In this document: positions 13,301-27,076 of the stretch, piece by piece
Numbering within the stretch: the stretch's first letter is position 1
Layout: every line of letters begins with the position of its first letter
Source of the DNA: a virus
Reading direction: 5' to 3' (one strand)
DNA length: 64,000 bases
Virus record (IMG/VR): IMGVR_UViG_3300028833_000003
Translations under genes and position numbers: made by a program
Notes under the pieces: generated by a model
Database searches by the model: none
Seen by the model: only the letters and a program-made list of their open reading frames with translations
Told to the model about the DNA's origin: nothing

Positions 13301-16300
13301 GGCGCCAGGTCTTGCTCCAGTAGTACCAAAATCTGGTACGGCAAGACTAGTTGTACCTGAACCTTGTAATTGACCTTCAGCAGTAGCAGTCATAGAGCCG
13401 CCACCTGGCATAGTAACTGTCATTGTTGAAGATGCAGGTACATCAATTTCGTTTTCTCCTGTAACTGTCTTTAAACTAGGAGGAGGAGGAGCTTGTACAG
13501 TATATGTGATTGTGCCATCTTGATTTAATACTGCGGTTATAGCATCTGCATTTTGAATTAAGTATTCTACAGGTATCTATACAGCCTAGCCTGTTTGTTC
13601 GCTTAAAGTTGCACTTAACTAATCTGCTAAACCTTGCATATCAGTTCCCATCATTGCCGCAGCGCCTTGGGCATTTGTTGCTACATACTAAAAACCATCA
13701 CCAACTTGCTAAACTGCAAGTCCCATATCATTTAATACTTCATTTGCTTCATCTAAGTTATCAAACTAACTAACAAATTCTTCAGCAGTTTGTTGAGTTT
13801 TTTCTCCCCACTTTGAAGCTAGACCCATTGTATCCATTAACTATCGCATTTGTTTATTGGTTAAGTTTAAATCTTTTTGCAATTGTCGTAATGCTTTGCT
13901 ATCTTCTTTTCCAAGTTTTTCACCAAATTTTAACCCGTTACCAATTTTGTTAAATTCTGCTAACTGTTCTGTACAATCTTCTATAGATTGACCTGTTTCT
14001 TGGAACATCTCATCTAATTGTTTAGTTAAAATTTTTGCTTCTAACTATTCCATTGCTTCAACAGAACCATTAGCCCATTGTGAAATTAAATCTTTATTGT
14101 CTTTGATAAAATCCATGCCAACTTCTGCATCTTTAAAGAAATTATTAACTATATCTACTAAATCTTGATAAGCTGCCATTTGTTCTTTAATAGATTTTGT
14201 TTGATCATCAATAGTAGCTAAAGACCCATTTTCTTCTCTAGCTTTTTGTAATGCATCTAATGCTTCTGTCGCTTTATTATATTCAACAGCTGCTTCAGAC
14301 ATTAATAACTTGTCATCAGCTTCTAAATCTTGCCATTCAAGCATTACTCCTTCATAAGCTGCAATACTTTCAACATAATTTTCCATTTCTTGTGCTTCAA
14401 TACCAAGCTATTGCGCATAATTAGATAATAAATCTGTTAATGCTTGTACATCACCATGTAATGCCGCAGTCACTTTGTCTCCTGCAAATGCTTCATTAGC
14501 TAAATCTGTACCCAATTCTACTTCATCAGTATTAAATAAAATTGGATGTTCTAATAGATATTGATCTACAGCTTCTTGTTGTGCTTGCTGAATTGCAGCA
14601 GCTCTTTTATTCATATATGCAAGTTCACTTTTTGTAACTGCATTACCATTATCATCTAAAAGTAATAAATCAGGTTTATTCGGGTTACTTATTGGTTTAG
14701 GATTAGTTTTATCAAATTCTGCACCTGCTTGTCTTGCTGCATCTGCTTGTATTCTTGCGATTTGGTCCATCTAGGCCTAATTTACTGCAGTATAACCCTT
14801 TTCCTAAAATTGCTTTAATTCCTCTGCGCTATTAGCGTAATCCTAGTTTTTAACAGTAACTTTTCCAGTCTTTTGATCAATTTCAAAACTACTTGCAGTA
14901 CCATCTTGTAACATTTTCATTGCTGCCATAATCTGTGCCGCTGCAGCAGCCATAGCGGCGGCTAACTGCATGGTTGCACTTTCCAATTGCACTAAACCGA
15001 TAGAAGCAACTGTGGCATCTTCACCAACAATTCCCATGTCCTATAAAGTTTTTAGTACCGCTGCCTAATCTGCTTCTGACATACCTGCGAGAGTGCCTTT
15101 TTCAATCATTTGCTATTGAGCAGTCTATAATAATGTCATTTTTTGCTATTGACTATCTATATATTGCTCACCTTCTTGTCGAGCTTTGTCAGCCATATTA
15201 GTTCGTTTGGTTTCTACTTCTGTAAATGCTGCCGCTAAGATTTCAGCCAATTCAGAATCAGAATGTACATACATTGAGTCTTTTATCAAAGATAATACCG
15301 CCTCGAAATCCTCTTGTTTAAGTGTATAACCTTGCGCAGCTTCACTAACATGATAATTACCAGTCTAATCTGCAAAAACAAGACCATGACGTTCTAATCC
15401 TGCCAAAATTGCTATACTATTTGCGTCTCCGGCTTTAGCTTTATCATTATATTCCCCAATTAATTTAGGATTTAATGATTTTCCAATAACATCACGCAAT
15501 TCACCGGCTAAATATTTATCTACATATTTTCTAACATTTTCATTATATTGATCTTTTGTAGTATCTAAATATTCACCATTTTCACTATTTAAAAATCTTT
15601 GTCGCCCTGATTTATTATAAGTATCAAAATCAAATGGTCTATAATCAACTCTTGCATCAGGATTGTTTATATGTTCTTTAATTTCTTGTAATGTTTTACC
15701 TGCTTCTAATAATGTTTGCACATATGCTGCTAATTCATCAGGACTACCGAACATTGATTCTAAGATACTTTTTCCTTCTGCTAATCCTGCTCTCATATCA
15801 GCAATTGCTTGGAATGTTTGCTCCCATAATTCTAGTACTGCTTGTGCAGTAGCTTGTTCCTAAGCATATATCGCCTGTAAACCACTTGCCCATACATCTT
15901 TAATAGTATTCCATGCTTCTTCAACGGCAAATTCAATTTCCGTTCCGCTATGATTTAAAGCTTGTTGTACGGCAGCTATAAATTCTTCGTTATGATTATT
16001 AATTGCATCTGCTAAATCTGTTGCTCCAACTGTAGCAATTGCAGAATTAACTGCAGCGTCTATATAAGATTTTTGAGCATCAGACAATTTATCACTTTGA
16101 GCATATTCTTTATTACGATAATAATCTTTTTCACGTTCAGCAATTGCTTTTTGCATTTCTTCATTGAAGTTCTCATTCATTTTTACCAAAGCATCAGCCC
16201 GAGCTTGTGCAATATCTTTTGGACGTTTAGAATCTTTTTCTGCCTACGCTTTTAATGCTTTTAAAGCTGATTGATATTCATGTTCAAATTCTGCTGTCCA

Positions 16301-19300
16301 TTCTCTTCCAGGCATTTCTTGTGAAACCAATTGTTTTGCTTTTTGTTGCAATTTTTGTTCTTCATCTTTCCATTTAGCTTCTGCATCATCTTGAACTTTT
16401 TGTTCATAAGCCTTCCAAATTTCCTAATCAGTTAATTTATCTTTATTATCTGGATTGGCAATATAATTATCTCTAAAAGCTGCGTAATCATATAATGTAC
16501 TATACTTTTGATGATCCGCATCAGTACCACCTAACAAGCTATCTAAAACATCTGTAATAGATGTATCTTCAGAAATTTTTCCAATAGCATTTTGAATTTC
16601 ATCTAAAATACTTCGTGCAATTTTATCTCCTAAACCATCAACATTTGGCTCCCAACCAGCAATAGACTATGACAAACCAACTTGTAGACCTTGGATTAAG
16701 AATGGAGCCAAAGCCATAGTTAGTTTTGATGGTGATGCAATACCAAGAGCATGAGCAAATGCTGCAATAATTTCATTACCAATTGGCGCAAAATACGCTG
16801 CCCAATCTACATCTGTATTTTGTAATCCAACAATTAAGCCATCCATTAAATGCATAGCTAATGACGCCGTTGCGGAATCAGAAGATTGAGATGCTTCATC
16901 TAATGCTCTAAAATAATTATTTAAAACATCAGGTGCCAAATCTTTAAAATCATCTGGAGACATGGCTAAAATTTTATTATACATAAGTTGAGCCTTATAT
17001 TTTTGTTCATTTGACCAAGTATTATGGCTACCTTCAGCATTAAATTCGAACATAGCACTTTGTATATCTTGTATACTCTATAAATTATTATGTCGCTATC
17101 TAAAGTTTGTCACATGCTATTTTTCATTATTAGCAATAAATGGTATATCAATTCCACCTAAATAAGAATACATTTTATCAAGATCTTCTGCGCCCTTTTG
17201 CTATAAATTGCTTTTATCCATCAAAGCTTTAACTTTAACAAAATATTCTTGTCCTTGTAACTGTTGTTGAATAGTGTTATTTCCAAGACTCGCATCAGCT
17301 TTAACATGATATTCATTTGGTTTATCTTCTGCTCCATCAATTGCTCCCTATAATTCTGCAGCTAAAGTTACTTCTGTACCATTTGCTAATCTTACTTTAA
17401 TTTCTTTGCCTTTTCCATCTGCTCCTTGTAATATTTGAGAAATTTGCGATTCAATAATACCAACATCTGTTTGAATTTTTAGTTTTCGTGGTTGACCATT
17501 TTCATCTGTTTCCATTTCCCATGCGCTTATTTTAGATGCTAAATTAAATTCTTCGCCTTTATCATCAACGCAATTAATTTTAATATTATGACCAGTTGCA
17601 TCAGTTTCATAACTTTTAATCGTTGCCGCAAAATCTTCGTCATCTTTTCGAATTAAAATAGTTTTAGTGCCTGGAAGCATTAAAGCTGCGACCGTTACCG
17701 TAAAACCTAATGTATTACCTGCATTAATTGCAATTTTCTTTTCCTCTGGAACACTATCTAATAAAGTAGTATAAGTTACTTCAAAAGTGCCATTTTCGCC
17801 ATCAAACATAATAGTTTTATGGTCTGTAGTAATTGCTGTATTATATTTTGCAGTATAAGTACCAAATTCACCTTGGAAAGTAATAGTTTTATCTTCTCCT
17901 GCAATTGCTGTATCATATGTTGCAGTATAGGTACCAAATTCACCTTGGAAAGTAATAGTTTTATTTTCTGTAGCGGTTGCTTCTTTAACTGCAAAAGTAT
18001 AAGTGCCACCATCACCTAAAAACGTAATCGTTTTATTCTCATTCATTATAGCTTCTTTTACTGTATCTGTATAAGTTCCAAATTCGCCCTAAAATATAAT
18101 TGTTTTATTGTCATCTAAAGTTGCAGATGTATAAGCCGCCTAATAAGTTCCATCTTTAGCATAAAAAACAATATTCTTTTCTCCATCAATCTGTACAGCT
18201 TCTAATGAAGAAGTATATTCACTACCTGTTTCACCAACAAATGTAATTATTTTTGAACCAGGATGACTTTCAATAGCAGCAATTGTATCACTGTATTCTT
18301 TATCATCAACAGAAAAAGTTACTTGTCCATCAGGATGTAAATTAAAATTCTCAACTGCCTAAACTACTTCTTTACCATCAACGGTATAATAAACTTGACC
18401 ATCTTGATAAAGCCAAGTCTAAATTTCATCTTCATTTTCCATCTCGGCTTCAACTTCAATTACACTATGGTCAACTGGAGTTGTATCTAATTCTGTTACT
18501 AATCCAACATATTCTTGTTGCCGTTTTTCTAAAGTACTTAATTGCATTAATGCTGCTTCTGTTGCGGCTACCATGCCAGCCTTAATTTGCTCTTTATCTC
18601 CATCAGCATTTTGAATATCTTCAATAATTTCTTTAACTCTTTCAGCTGCAACACCAGCTCTAATTAAAGATTGTTCTAATTCACCAATTGAAGAAAAAGA
18701 TAAATTATCTAATGAAGTTAAATTTGATTGAATGAACTAAATCGCACTTTTAGCCGCGTTAATTTTTTCATCGTCCTAACTAGTTTGACTATCAACTCGA
18801 GACTATATTTGTTCCATACGCTAGTCATTTAATGCACGCTCTTGAGCTTCGATTTTTCTCTACTAAATTTGAACCTGAGTATCATCATATCCTTTTTCAT
18901 CGCGCATGTTCTATAATTCTTCTAGCTTTTGTTTCATTTGTTCCAATCTATATGTTTCTCGTTCTAGATCAGACATTCCTAGCCATTCCTCAAATGAGGG
19001 AGTATCAGCCTTATTTAAGCCCAATAATAATTGATTCATTGCTAATTCAGTATCTTTCCATTTTGTCGGGTCTAATTCTGCACCAGATAACCATTCTAAC
19101 TATTGCGATTTACCAGACGCAGTTTCAATAAATTTAGTTGCAGTTTGTAACGCCGTAGTAATATTAGTATATTCTGCTTCTTCATCACTTAAACTTGTTA
19201 ATAATCCTCTAAAATCACTATTGTTATTTACTGTACCTTTATAAGATATACCCCAATCATTCATATATGTACGTAAAATATCACTTGCAGAACCTGCAGT

Positions 19301-22300
19301 AGCATATTTGTCACCAAACATAGCAAGCATAGTATTACGTGTATCTTCGTTGTTTAATAATTTTCCATTTTCATCTATGTTTTCTGATAAAAAACGCTAA
19401 AAAGTACGCTAATGCTCCCATTGCTATTTAGCCTAATCAACATCTTCTACACCCATTCGTTCTTGCATAAAAGCATTCTATGAATCTGTAATAATAGTAT
19501 TTAAATCTACCATTCCATCTTCATATTGTTGCCACCAATTATCATAACCTGTGCTTATTTGCTCCATTAAAGTCGCCATTTGTGCGGCTTTTTCAGAAGA
19601 AGACATTTTATTCCATTCTTGAGTATTAAAAATTTCTCCTAATCCTAATAAATCACTTACTATTGGTAGCTATGCCGCAAAACTATCTATATCAAATTCA
19701 CCAGAATATCTATTACCCCATTGAGCCAATAAGCCTGTTGCAGTTTGTGCTTTTGCTTGTTGCTATAATAATTGAGGAACTCGTTTGTCCATTAAATCAC
19801 CATTATTATCTAAAAATGGTGCTATATTAGCCATATAAGACCAATCTTTATCAGTAAAACCCCACTGCTCTAATTTTTTCTACGCTTCTTCTTTTGTCAT
19901 TTTTTTATTACGAGTTGTCATTGCAGTTACAGCAGATTCTTTATTAGCAACCGTTGCATCTGCCGCAGCTATATCACTTTCTGATACACCGACTAATCCT
20001 CTGGCATAAGTAGTTACTAATTGACTAGCTTGTTTTTTAGCTGCTCGAGTAATAGCATCATTTTTATTACTATCTATGCCCCAGTCTGCTAATAAACCTT
20101 CAACTAAACTCTCCTATACATCAGAACTCCATCCTTCAACATTTTGTTGTTTTAGCCAATCCTAGCCTTTTAATTCTCTCATACTCTTAATAGCATTAAG
20201 ATATGGAGAAATCATTTCAGTGATCATGTAATCAATATCTTCAAATGATTGATCATGTACTAAAGCTTCTAACTATGATTTCATTCCAGGGTCTTCAATA
20301 GTTTTTGCTGCTTCTTTAATTGCTTGTAGCTAATTATAATAATGTAACAATGAATCTAAATCAGATTCAATAACTAAGTCATCGGCAGTTCGTGCCATCC
20401 CTGTTCCACCCGCGCGCGCACTACCGCCTAAGAATGATTGAATCAAATTATTTTCTTGATCGCCTGTTGCATTACCACTAAGCCAATAATCATATTTTCG
20501 ACTACCAGCATAATCAATATTAATACCATATTGATTAGCTAACATATCTCTTATATTTGCATTCTATAAACTTTTTAATAAACCAGATTGTTTCATATTA
20601 GTATTAAATGAACTTAATATGTCATTATAAACAACTCCGGTTTTATTCCCTTCATTATTATCTCTATATTTGTCTCCCATATTTTCTTTTGCTATTTTAG
20701 TAACCTAATTTTCTAAACCATGTTCTGCGCGTCTAACATCAGATTCTGCAGTTTCAATTTGTTGTTCACGTGCAGCCTCAATAGATTCTTGAATAGCTGC
20801 AGTTAATCCTTGATAATTACCAGTAAGTGCCATAACTGCAGCACCCTAAATGCCTAAACTAGATGCGATATCAGCTAAAGCACTACTATATTCTTGAACA
20901 GATAATGCACCTTCTGCAAACTATTTGTTTAATGAGTCAAAAGCATTACTATTAGTCATTAATTCTTGATTTGATTGTTGATGTTCTTCTAAAATTTTAT
21001 TTGTAGTTTCTGCCATTTTAACCATTTCTTGTTCACGTTTTTCTTGCTAATCTTTCATATACGTAAATACACCAGCAATTGCCATACCAGCCGCTTGAAT
21101 GCCTGCCATCAATGGTCCTTGTGTTGCAAATGTATTAAGTAATGAACCACCTGCACTAACAATAGAAGTTACACCTGCTAATGTATCACCACTTTCAAAT
21201 GACTTCATAATACCTTGCATAGAAGTAAAACCTTGAACTGCAGCCATGGCTCCTTCTGCAACTGTTGCCAAACCCTTAGACAATTTTTGAGCTGCAGCTT
21301 CACGAGCATTCAATGCTTGCTCTTCTTCATCTTCCATATCAAAGCCTGCAGTAATCTCTTCTTGGCCTACCTAACGACCATATTCCTAAGCTCTATGAGC
21401 AGAATCTTCACCAACAATGCTACGCATTTCCTGATAAGCTTCATCTAAGTCATCATCAATTTGATCACGTAAATGCTCTGCAATAACTCTTCCACGATCA
21501 GCTTTAGTAGCTTGATTTTGTTCATTAAAACCAGCACTTTCAAGCCAATCATTCATTTCATTTTCGTCTTGCGGTAAAAAATCACGTACTGCTTGAGCCA
21601 TTGGATTATTCTCATCCATCATAACAGACTCAAAACGCTCTGCAGCCGCTGTACTATCTGTGTCCTCATTAAAAATTTGATCTATCTATTGATTTACTGC
21701 ACCACGTAAAGCATTTCCTCTAGCTTCTTCTTGTACTCTATTACCTAATCCACGTATCGCTGTATTTTGTACATTCTTATCATCTGATTTAAAATCTGCT
21801 ACCATGTCATCAAGATCACTACCACTATAACCCTGATCAGCATAATAATTTAAAGCATTAATATAAGCATCATCACGTAATTTATCAGCAGTACCTGTAC
21901 CTTCTAATTCAACTAAAGAACCAATTGATAATTCTCTACGAGCTTCATCTGTAATATTGGCTAAATTAGTTTCATGACCTGCCATGGTTTGCTAACGCTA
22001 ATTTAAATAATCAATATGCTATTGTAAACGCGCAGCTTCTTGTCCACTCATATGCCCTTGTCGTAATAATAATTCTTGTTTAGCTATCGCACTTTCACTT
22101 CTTGCGTCTGCACTTAATAAACGCATTGTATTTGCAGTATTTGCACTTGTATCTGGTGTTAATTCACTTTCTCGTCTATCTAAAGCGCTATTATATTCCA
22201 TATCTGCCGATCTACGTAAAGTTGTTAGATTATCAAATAAATTTCGCTATTGAGTGCCTTGTGCAAATTTTTGAGCACCATACTAAGAAATTGCTTGCAT

Positions 22301-24001
22301 CCTTCCGCCATAATTATTTGAATTATTTTGCATATAAGCATTAAATTTTCTATAAGTAGGAATACCACCAATTGGATGCCCTTCTGAGCCTTTTGCTGCT
22401 TTCATGTTGCCCCATGCAGTCCGCAACGTACCACCTTTGCCAAAGAAATTTCCAAATGCCATGCTAATACCTGTTAATTTATCTAACATCTATGGTTTAA
22501 ATGCAGTCATCATCATCTAAGAAATTTTTGCTAATATACCAGGGATACCTCCAAGACCATTAACTAAACCTCTAACTGCAGATAACGCTGTTGCCAATGC
22601 ATTATTAAATCCAACAAGGAATTTATCATTAATTAAATCACCGAAAATAGCTTCTTTACTTGCTTGTACTCTTTGTTTAGATGCTTTAACAGAATCTTCA
22701 TAAATTTTCTGCATTTTTTCTAAGCTGCCAGCTGAATTTTGAGCATTTTGCAAATCTTTTTGATACGTATCCCAGTTTTCAAATAATGCCATTAATTGCG
22801 TATATTGACGTTTACCAGCAACAACCTGCGCGATAGCAGTTTTTTGCGCACTGCCCATGGTCTACCATTTATTACCAAGATCAGTAATAACATCGCCCAT
22901 ATCACGCATATTACCAGTAGCATCTAAAACCTATACACCAATAGAATTTAATGAGCTTGAAACTTTACCTAAATTAACACCGTCTTCTAATGTTTCACCT
23001 AATTTTAAGTCACCCATACGTGCTAAAATAGTTTTAAAAGATGTACCAATTGATTCAGCACTTTCACGAGTAACAGAAGATACAGTTGCAACAATAGAAG
23101 ACATTTGTTCCATACCGACACCAACAGTACTAGCAGTCGCGGCAACTTTCTATAAAGCTGTTGCAATTTCTTCCATGCTAGTAGCAGTAGTAGAACCTAA
23201 TTTTGCCATTACATCTACATAACCTTCAAGCTAATCACCGCCTGCTTTATAAGAATTCCAAACGGCGGTTAGCATTTCTGACATTTCCGCAGCATTAGCT
23301 TTGAATGCAGTATTTGCAGCCTTTAAAGTAATTTGTGCTTTCTTTTGTACATCTCTATCATTATCACCCTATTGATAATAAATTAATGCTGCATCAGCAT
23401 ATGCTTTTGTTGATGTACTTAAACTTTTTGCCATTACATTTGCTTCTTTTGCAAAATTGCTCATATCAGAAATAGATTTGCCAGTAACAACACGAATATT
23501 ATTTAATGAAGTATTTAAATTTTCAATATAGCTAACTGCTCCACTCATAGCAGACTATAAGCCATGAACCATTTGACTAGCTGCTTGCCATTTCACAGTA
23601 TTCATTAAAGTTGTGCCAAACTATGCAATAAGACCAGTCGCTTTTTGCGCGGGAATAGTTGCCTAAGTTAGAACAGAAGACAACTATGAAATTGCCTATT
23701 GTCCAGTTGTACCGGCGCGCTAGAAACTGGCAATTAACGTTTGAACATTTGTATTAGCACTCGCCAAGCTATTACTTAATGCACTAAAATTAATTTGCCC
23801 AGTATTAACATTAACTGCCTATTGTAATGCCTACTATAATTTTGCTGCTTGCTACGCGGCATCTGCCATATTTGTATCAATTTTTAAATTTAATCTACTG
23901 TTTTGCTGCAATCTTTGTAATGAAGAACTTAATTGTTCAACCTACCGCTATGCAGCACTGGCATCAGCCTAAATATTAATTTTATACTATACACCAGCCA
24001 C
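10343..24001 (-). CDS. tail tape measure protein, 4552 codons with TAG as sense
   Basis: 19 ORF-track fragments (10454..11134 to 22931..23113) share one frame and each ends in rc-TAG. Hand check of 11461-13156 and 22859-24001 found only TAG in frame. GTG 23999-24001 follows GAAAGGAG. The N-terminal third reads like a TP901-type TMP core. Stop is TAA 10343-10345. Confidence 0.8.
17747..18253 (-). repeat. seven tandem 72-nt (24-25 codon) coding repeats inside the tape measure
   Basis: The unit K-T-I-T-F-Q-G-E-F-G-T-Y-T... repeats seven times. DNA copies such as accaaattcaccttggaaagtaatagtttt recur at 17861 and 17933. Confidence 0.85.
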
Positions 24002-24038
24002 GTTGCAAACTCCTTTCTCTCTTTATATAATAAAAAAA

Positions 24039-24063
24039 TCGTCTAATATTATGTATTAGACGA
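24039..24063 (-). terminator. hairpin terminator/attenuator between the chaperone-position gene and the tape measure
   Basis: 10-bp stem TCGTCTAATA/TATTAGACGA with a 5-nt loop. There is a T7 run on the minus strand and a T-rich tail on the plus strand as well. Confidence 0.6.
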
Positions 24064-24075
24064 TTTCATTTTTTC

Positions 24076-24600
24076 TTAACCTATTTTATCTAAAATTTCT
24101 TTAACCGTAGTTAATTTTTCTGGGTCTTCAATTTTTTCAATTGTTTTATCAATATCATCTTTTGCAATCGCATAATCTGCATTAATCATATTAATCATAC
24201 CAGCTAATGAATTATTATAAGAAACAATATTATTCGCACATTTCTAAGCAGCGTCCCATAATAATTCATGTTCTCTTGTGGGAATTGCTTTAATTACACT
24301 ATCATAAACATGATTAAGTTCTAATGCATCAAATACTTTACTAATATTTTCTAATTGCTTATCAGTAATATTAATATTAGTATAATAACGAATTAATAAA
24401 ACTTTAAACCAAATTTCTAATCGCATTGGGTTATAAGCACCAGTAGAATCAATAGTATATGATAATAATTCACTAATCAACTGTGCTTTATCATCTACTG
24501 ATAAATACTAAATTACATTAATTTCTGTATCTCCTATTTTTATAATCACAGGTTCAACTGATTTAATGGGTGTTACTTTTGAAAAAGCAACTTTCGCCAT
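24076..24600 (-). CDS. tail assembly chaperone-position protein (174 aa)
   Basis: ATG 24598-24600 follows AAAGGAG. In-frame TAGs at 24508 and 24244. Stop is TAA 24076-24078. It lies immediately upstream of the tape measure. Confidence 0.55.
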
Positions 24601-24662
24601 AATAACATCTCCTTTATCTCAATACTTATTTATAATATACCATATTTTTTTTATTTTGTCAA

Positions 24663-25904
24663 TTATGAATCTGCGATAGACGCTAAAGTAGATTTTGAAA
24701 TTTCAGTTATCCAATCTCCTTTTTGTTTATGTATCATTTCATTAACTTGAGTATAGATTTTGCTAATAATTTCTGCTGTACTAATAACATAAATGTTTGC
24801 ACTACCAGGATCATTATATACTAAATAATTAGCACCTAAATCACCAATACCATCTTTCTTTAATTCATTTCTAATAATTTCGTCTACATAAGTTTGACCT
24901 CGACCTGTTAATTCATAAATAACACGTAACTACTATAAAGCTAATCGTACATCTTCACGATGAGTATTACGAGCATAATAAAAAATACTAATTGAAACAC
25001 CATAAGGAAATCGAGTATTAAGCAGATCTAAATAAACACGTTTACTTTTTGTCTAACCAAAATGAACTGAACGTACTCTTGACTAAATGGCATTTGTAAT
25101 ACCTGTCGCGGCGTCTTTAATATATGATAAACTATTATAGTTTTTTGCAGTAAAATAAGCTTTATGCAATAATTTAGCAATATGCATTAATTTAGATCCG
25201 GCGGTTGCAGTAATTGTTAATTCAACTGCATGTCCATTCACATCGACTTTACCATTAACAGTAGTTGTTACAAAATCATCGGCAGATGTTCGTTCATCAA
25301 ACAGGCGTTTAATTTTATCTGCTTCCTCTTGTACTGCAGCATTAGCAAGATCACTTATTGCTCCATCAATCATACTACGCAATGGAGTATGCGCACCTTT
25401 CGTACTTACTGAATGCCCCATAACATTTACTTTTGCGGCACCAAAAATAACATCATTTAAATTGGCATTTTTTGCTCCTCCAAACTACTAAGTCGCCATA
25501 CTGATAGCCGCCAATTCGCCTTCTAAAACATCACCTTGCGTCCAACCTTTAGACTTCAAACCAGTGCGAGTAAAAAAACCTCTGCCACTAGCGCCAATAA
25601 CAGAACCCGCTTCTTGTAAAATCTAACTTAAAGCTTGTTGCTAAATACCACTTTTTAATGATATATTCTCAAAACCCTTATTACCTTTATTAGATAAATT
25701 TTTTAAATCACGAAAAAAATCTTGCAATTCTCTTGCTTCAGCAGCACTACCTGCTCCTTCAACTGCTCCGTGACTATTACCAAGACCATTCATAATATTA
25801 TTATACTCGCTCATTAATTCATCACGCATCGCAGTTAATGCTTGATAAGGATCTAATCCTTCATATGCTTTATATCGTTCACCTAAGTGTAATAATCTTG
25901 GCAT
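24663..25904 (-). CDS. virion/tail-module protein of unknown function (413 aa)
   Basis: ORF fragments 25641..25904 and 25083..25421 are in one frame, joined by TAGs (25641, 25623, 25488, 25485, 25083, 25053, 24933, 24930). Stop is TAA 24663-24665. Confidence 0.6.
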
Positions 25905-25922
25905 TTATGTCACCCGCTTAAT

Positions 25923-25957
25923 AAAAAAAATGGGGACGAGCTTTTTTGCTCGTCCCC
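25923..25957 (-). terminator. rho-independent terminator after the major tail protein gene
   Basis: 10-bp stem GGGGACGAGC/GCTCGTCCCC (25932-25957) followed by a T8 run on the minus strand. Confidence 0.75.
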
Positions 25958-25976
25958 ATTTGTATTATATCAATAA

Positions 25977-27059
25977 TTATTCACCAAAACGCTTTGGAGG
26001 TTCCTTACCAGAATCTTCATAAATGTCGCCTGGGAATTTAGTATCACCCTCAACTGCGCCACGAGTTGAACCATCATAAAGTGCAGTATCTTCAACAATC
26101 TGAAGAGCAGCAATTACTTTCTTGGTCTTATCAAACTTAGTATAGTCTGGGAAAGCATCCATTGTGAAAGTAAAGGTAGAAGGATCACCAGTAGGTGCCA
26201 TTGTGAAGGTAAAGTTAGACTGAACCTTGCAGTTAGGAATGATAAATTCAGCAGGATAGTCTTCACCAGTTGCTTCATCACGGAACAAAGTAGAAGCTTC
26301 AAGATAATAAGAACCACCGAACTTACCAGCTTCAATATCAATCTGCTTTACATACTGAGTGCTCTTTACATAATAGTCAATATAAAGAACAGAACCTGGA
26401 TCATCGCCCATGCCATTAACGTAGTCATATACTTCCTGTGGATTCTTAGCATCCTTATAAGCATCTACGTTTGCTTGGAACTCAGTGCCAATAGGAGCAT
26501 GAGCATCCATGATCTTACCAGCGACCAATAATTCATTATGAGCAGCATTATAAGCAGCAGCCCAATGAGCAAAGATTTCTTCAACGTTCATTTCCTTAGC
26601 AATATCATCACGTTGAATTTCCATAGGAATACGATTGGTATTAATAGAACCATCAGCATTCTTCAACATAATATACATGCTACCACCCTTGGCTGGCTCA
26701 TGAGCAAGAGTAATCTTACCTGCTTTAATCTGAACCTGCTCAGTAGTATGTACATAAATAGGATGATCTTCATCAGCATCCATGAAACCAGCACCAGAAA
26801 GAATTGAGAAGCTTTCTGGACTAATCAAAGCATCTTCCATTGTAAATGTTACAGTACGGTCGCCTTCCCAAGCTACCAAGCGAGGATTACCTTTACCGCC
26901 CTGAGCATAAACAGTTGTGCTCTGGCCTTCCAAAGAAGAAGTCTTCAATGTTTCAAAATATAACACAGGCATATCCTTGTCAAGATACAACTTACCGAAG
27001 AAACCTGCTGCCTTACGACGAAGTACAACATCGCAAATTTCGCGTACGCCAAATCTCAT
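25977..27059 (-). CDS. major tail (tube-like) protein, 360 aa
   Basis: ATG 27057-27059 lies 8 nt after AAGGAGG; the ORF-track start at 27098 would overlap the upstream gene. No TAG. Strong terminator follows. Sits between the neck genes and the chaperone/TMP. The N-terminus resembles tube proteins by recollection only. Confidence 0.55.
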   Translation of the reverse strand: MRFGVREICDVVLRRKAAGFFGKLYLDKDMPVLYFETLKTSSLEGQSTTVYAQGGKGNPRLVAWEGDRTVTFTMEDALISPESFSILSGAGFMDADEDHPIYVHTTEQVQIKAGKITLAHEPAKGGSMYIMLKNADGSINTNRIPMEIQRDDIAKEMNVEEIFAHWAAAYNAAHNELLVAGKIMDAHAPIGTEFQANVDAYKDAKNPQEVYDYVNGMGDDPGSVLYIDYYVKSTQYVKQIDIEAGKFGGSYYLEASTLFRDEATGEDYPAEFIIPNCKVQSNFTFTMAPTGDPSTFTFTMDAFPDYTKFDKTKKVIAALQIVEDTALYDGSTRGAVEGDTKFPGDIYEDSGKEPPKRFGE

Positions 27060-27076
27060 ATGCGTTTCCTCCTTAA

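Noticed and set aside
1-24001. The fragmented leftward ORFs could be a decayed prophage or pseudogenes, or the result of sequencing frameshifts.
   Set aside because: The fragments stay in one frame over 6.9-13.7 kb. Only TAG interrupts them. RBSs, coupled starts (GTGA, ATGA) and TAA/TGA ends are intact. Decay or indels would produce mixed stops and frame changes.
24076-24600. A programmed -1 frameshift (G/GT-type) in the chaperone-position gene.
   Set aside because: I saw no convincing slippery heptamer followed by an extended alternative frame. It cannot be excluded without computation.
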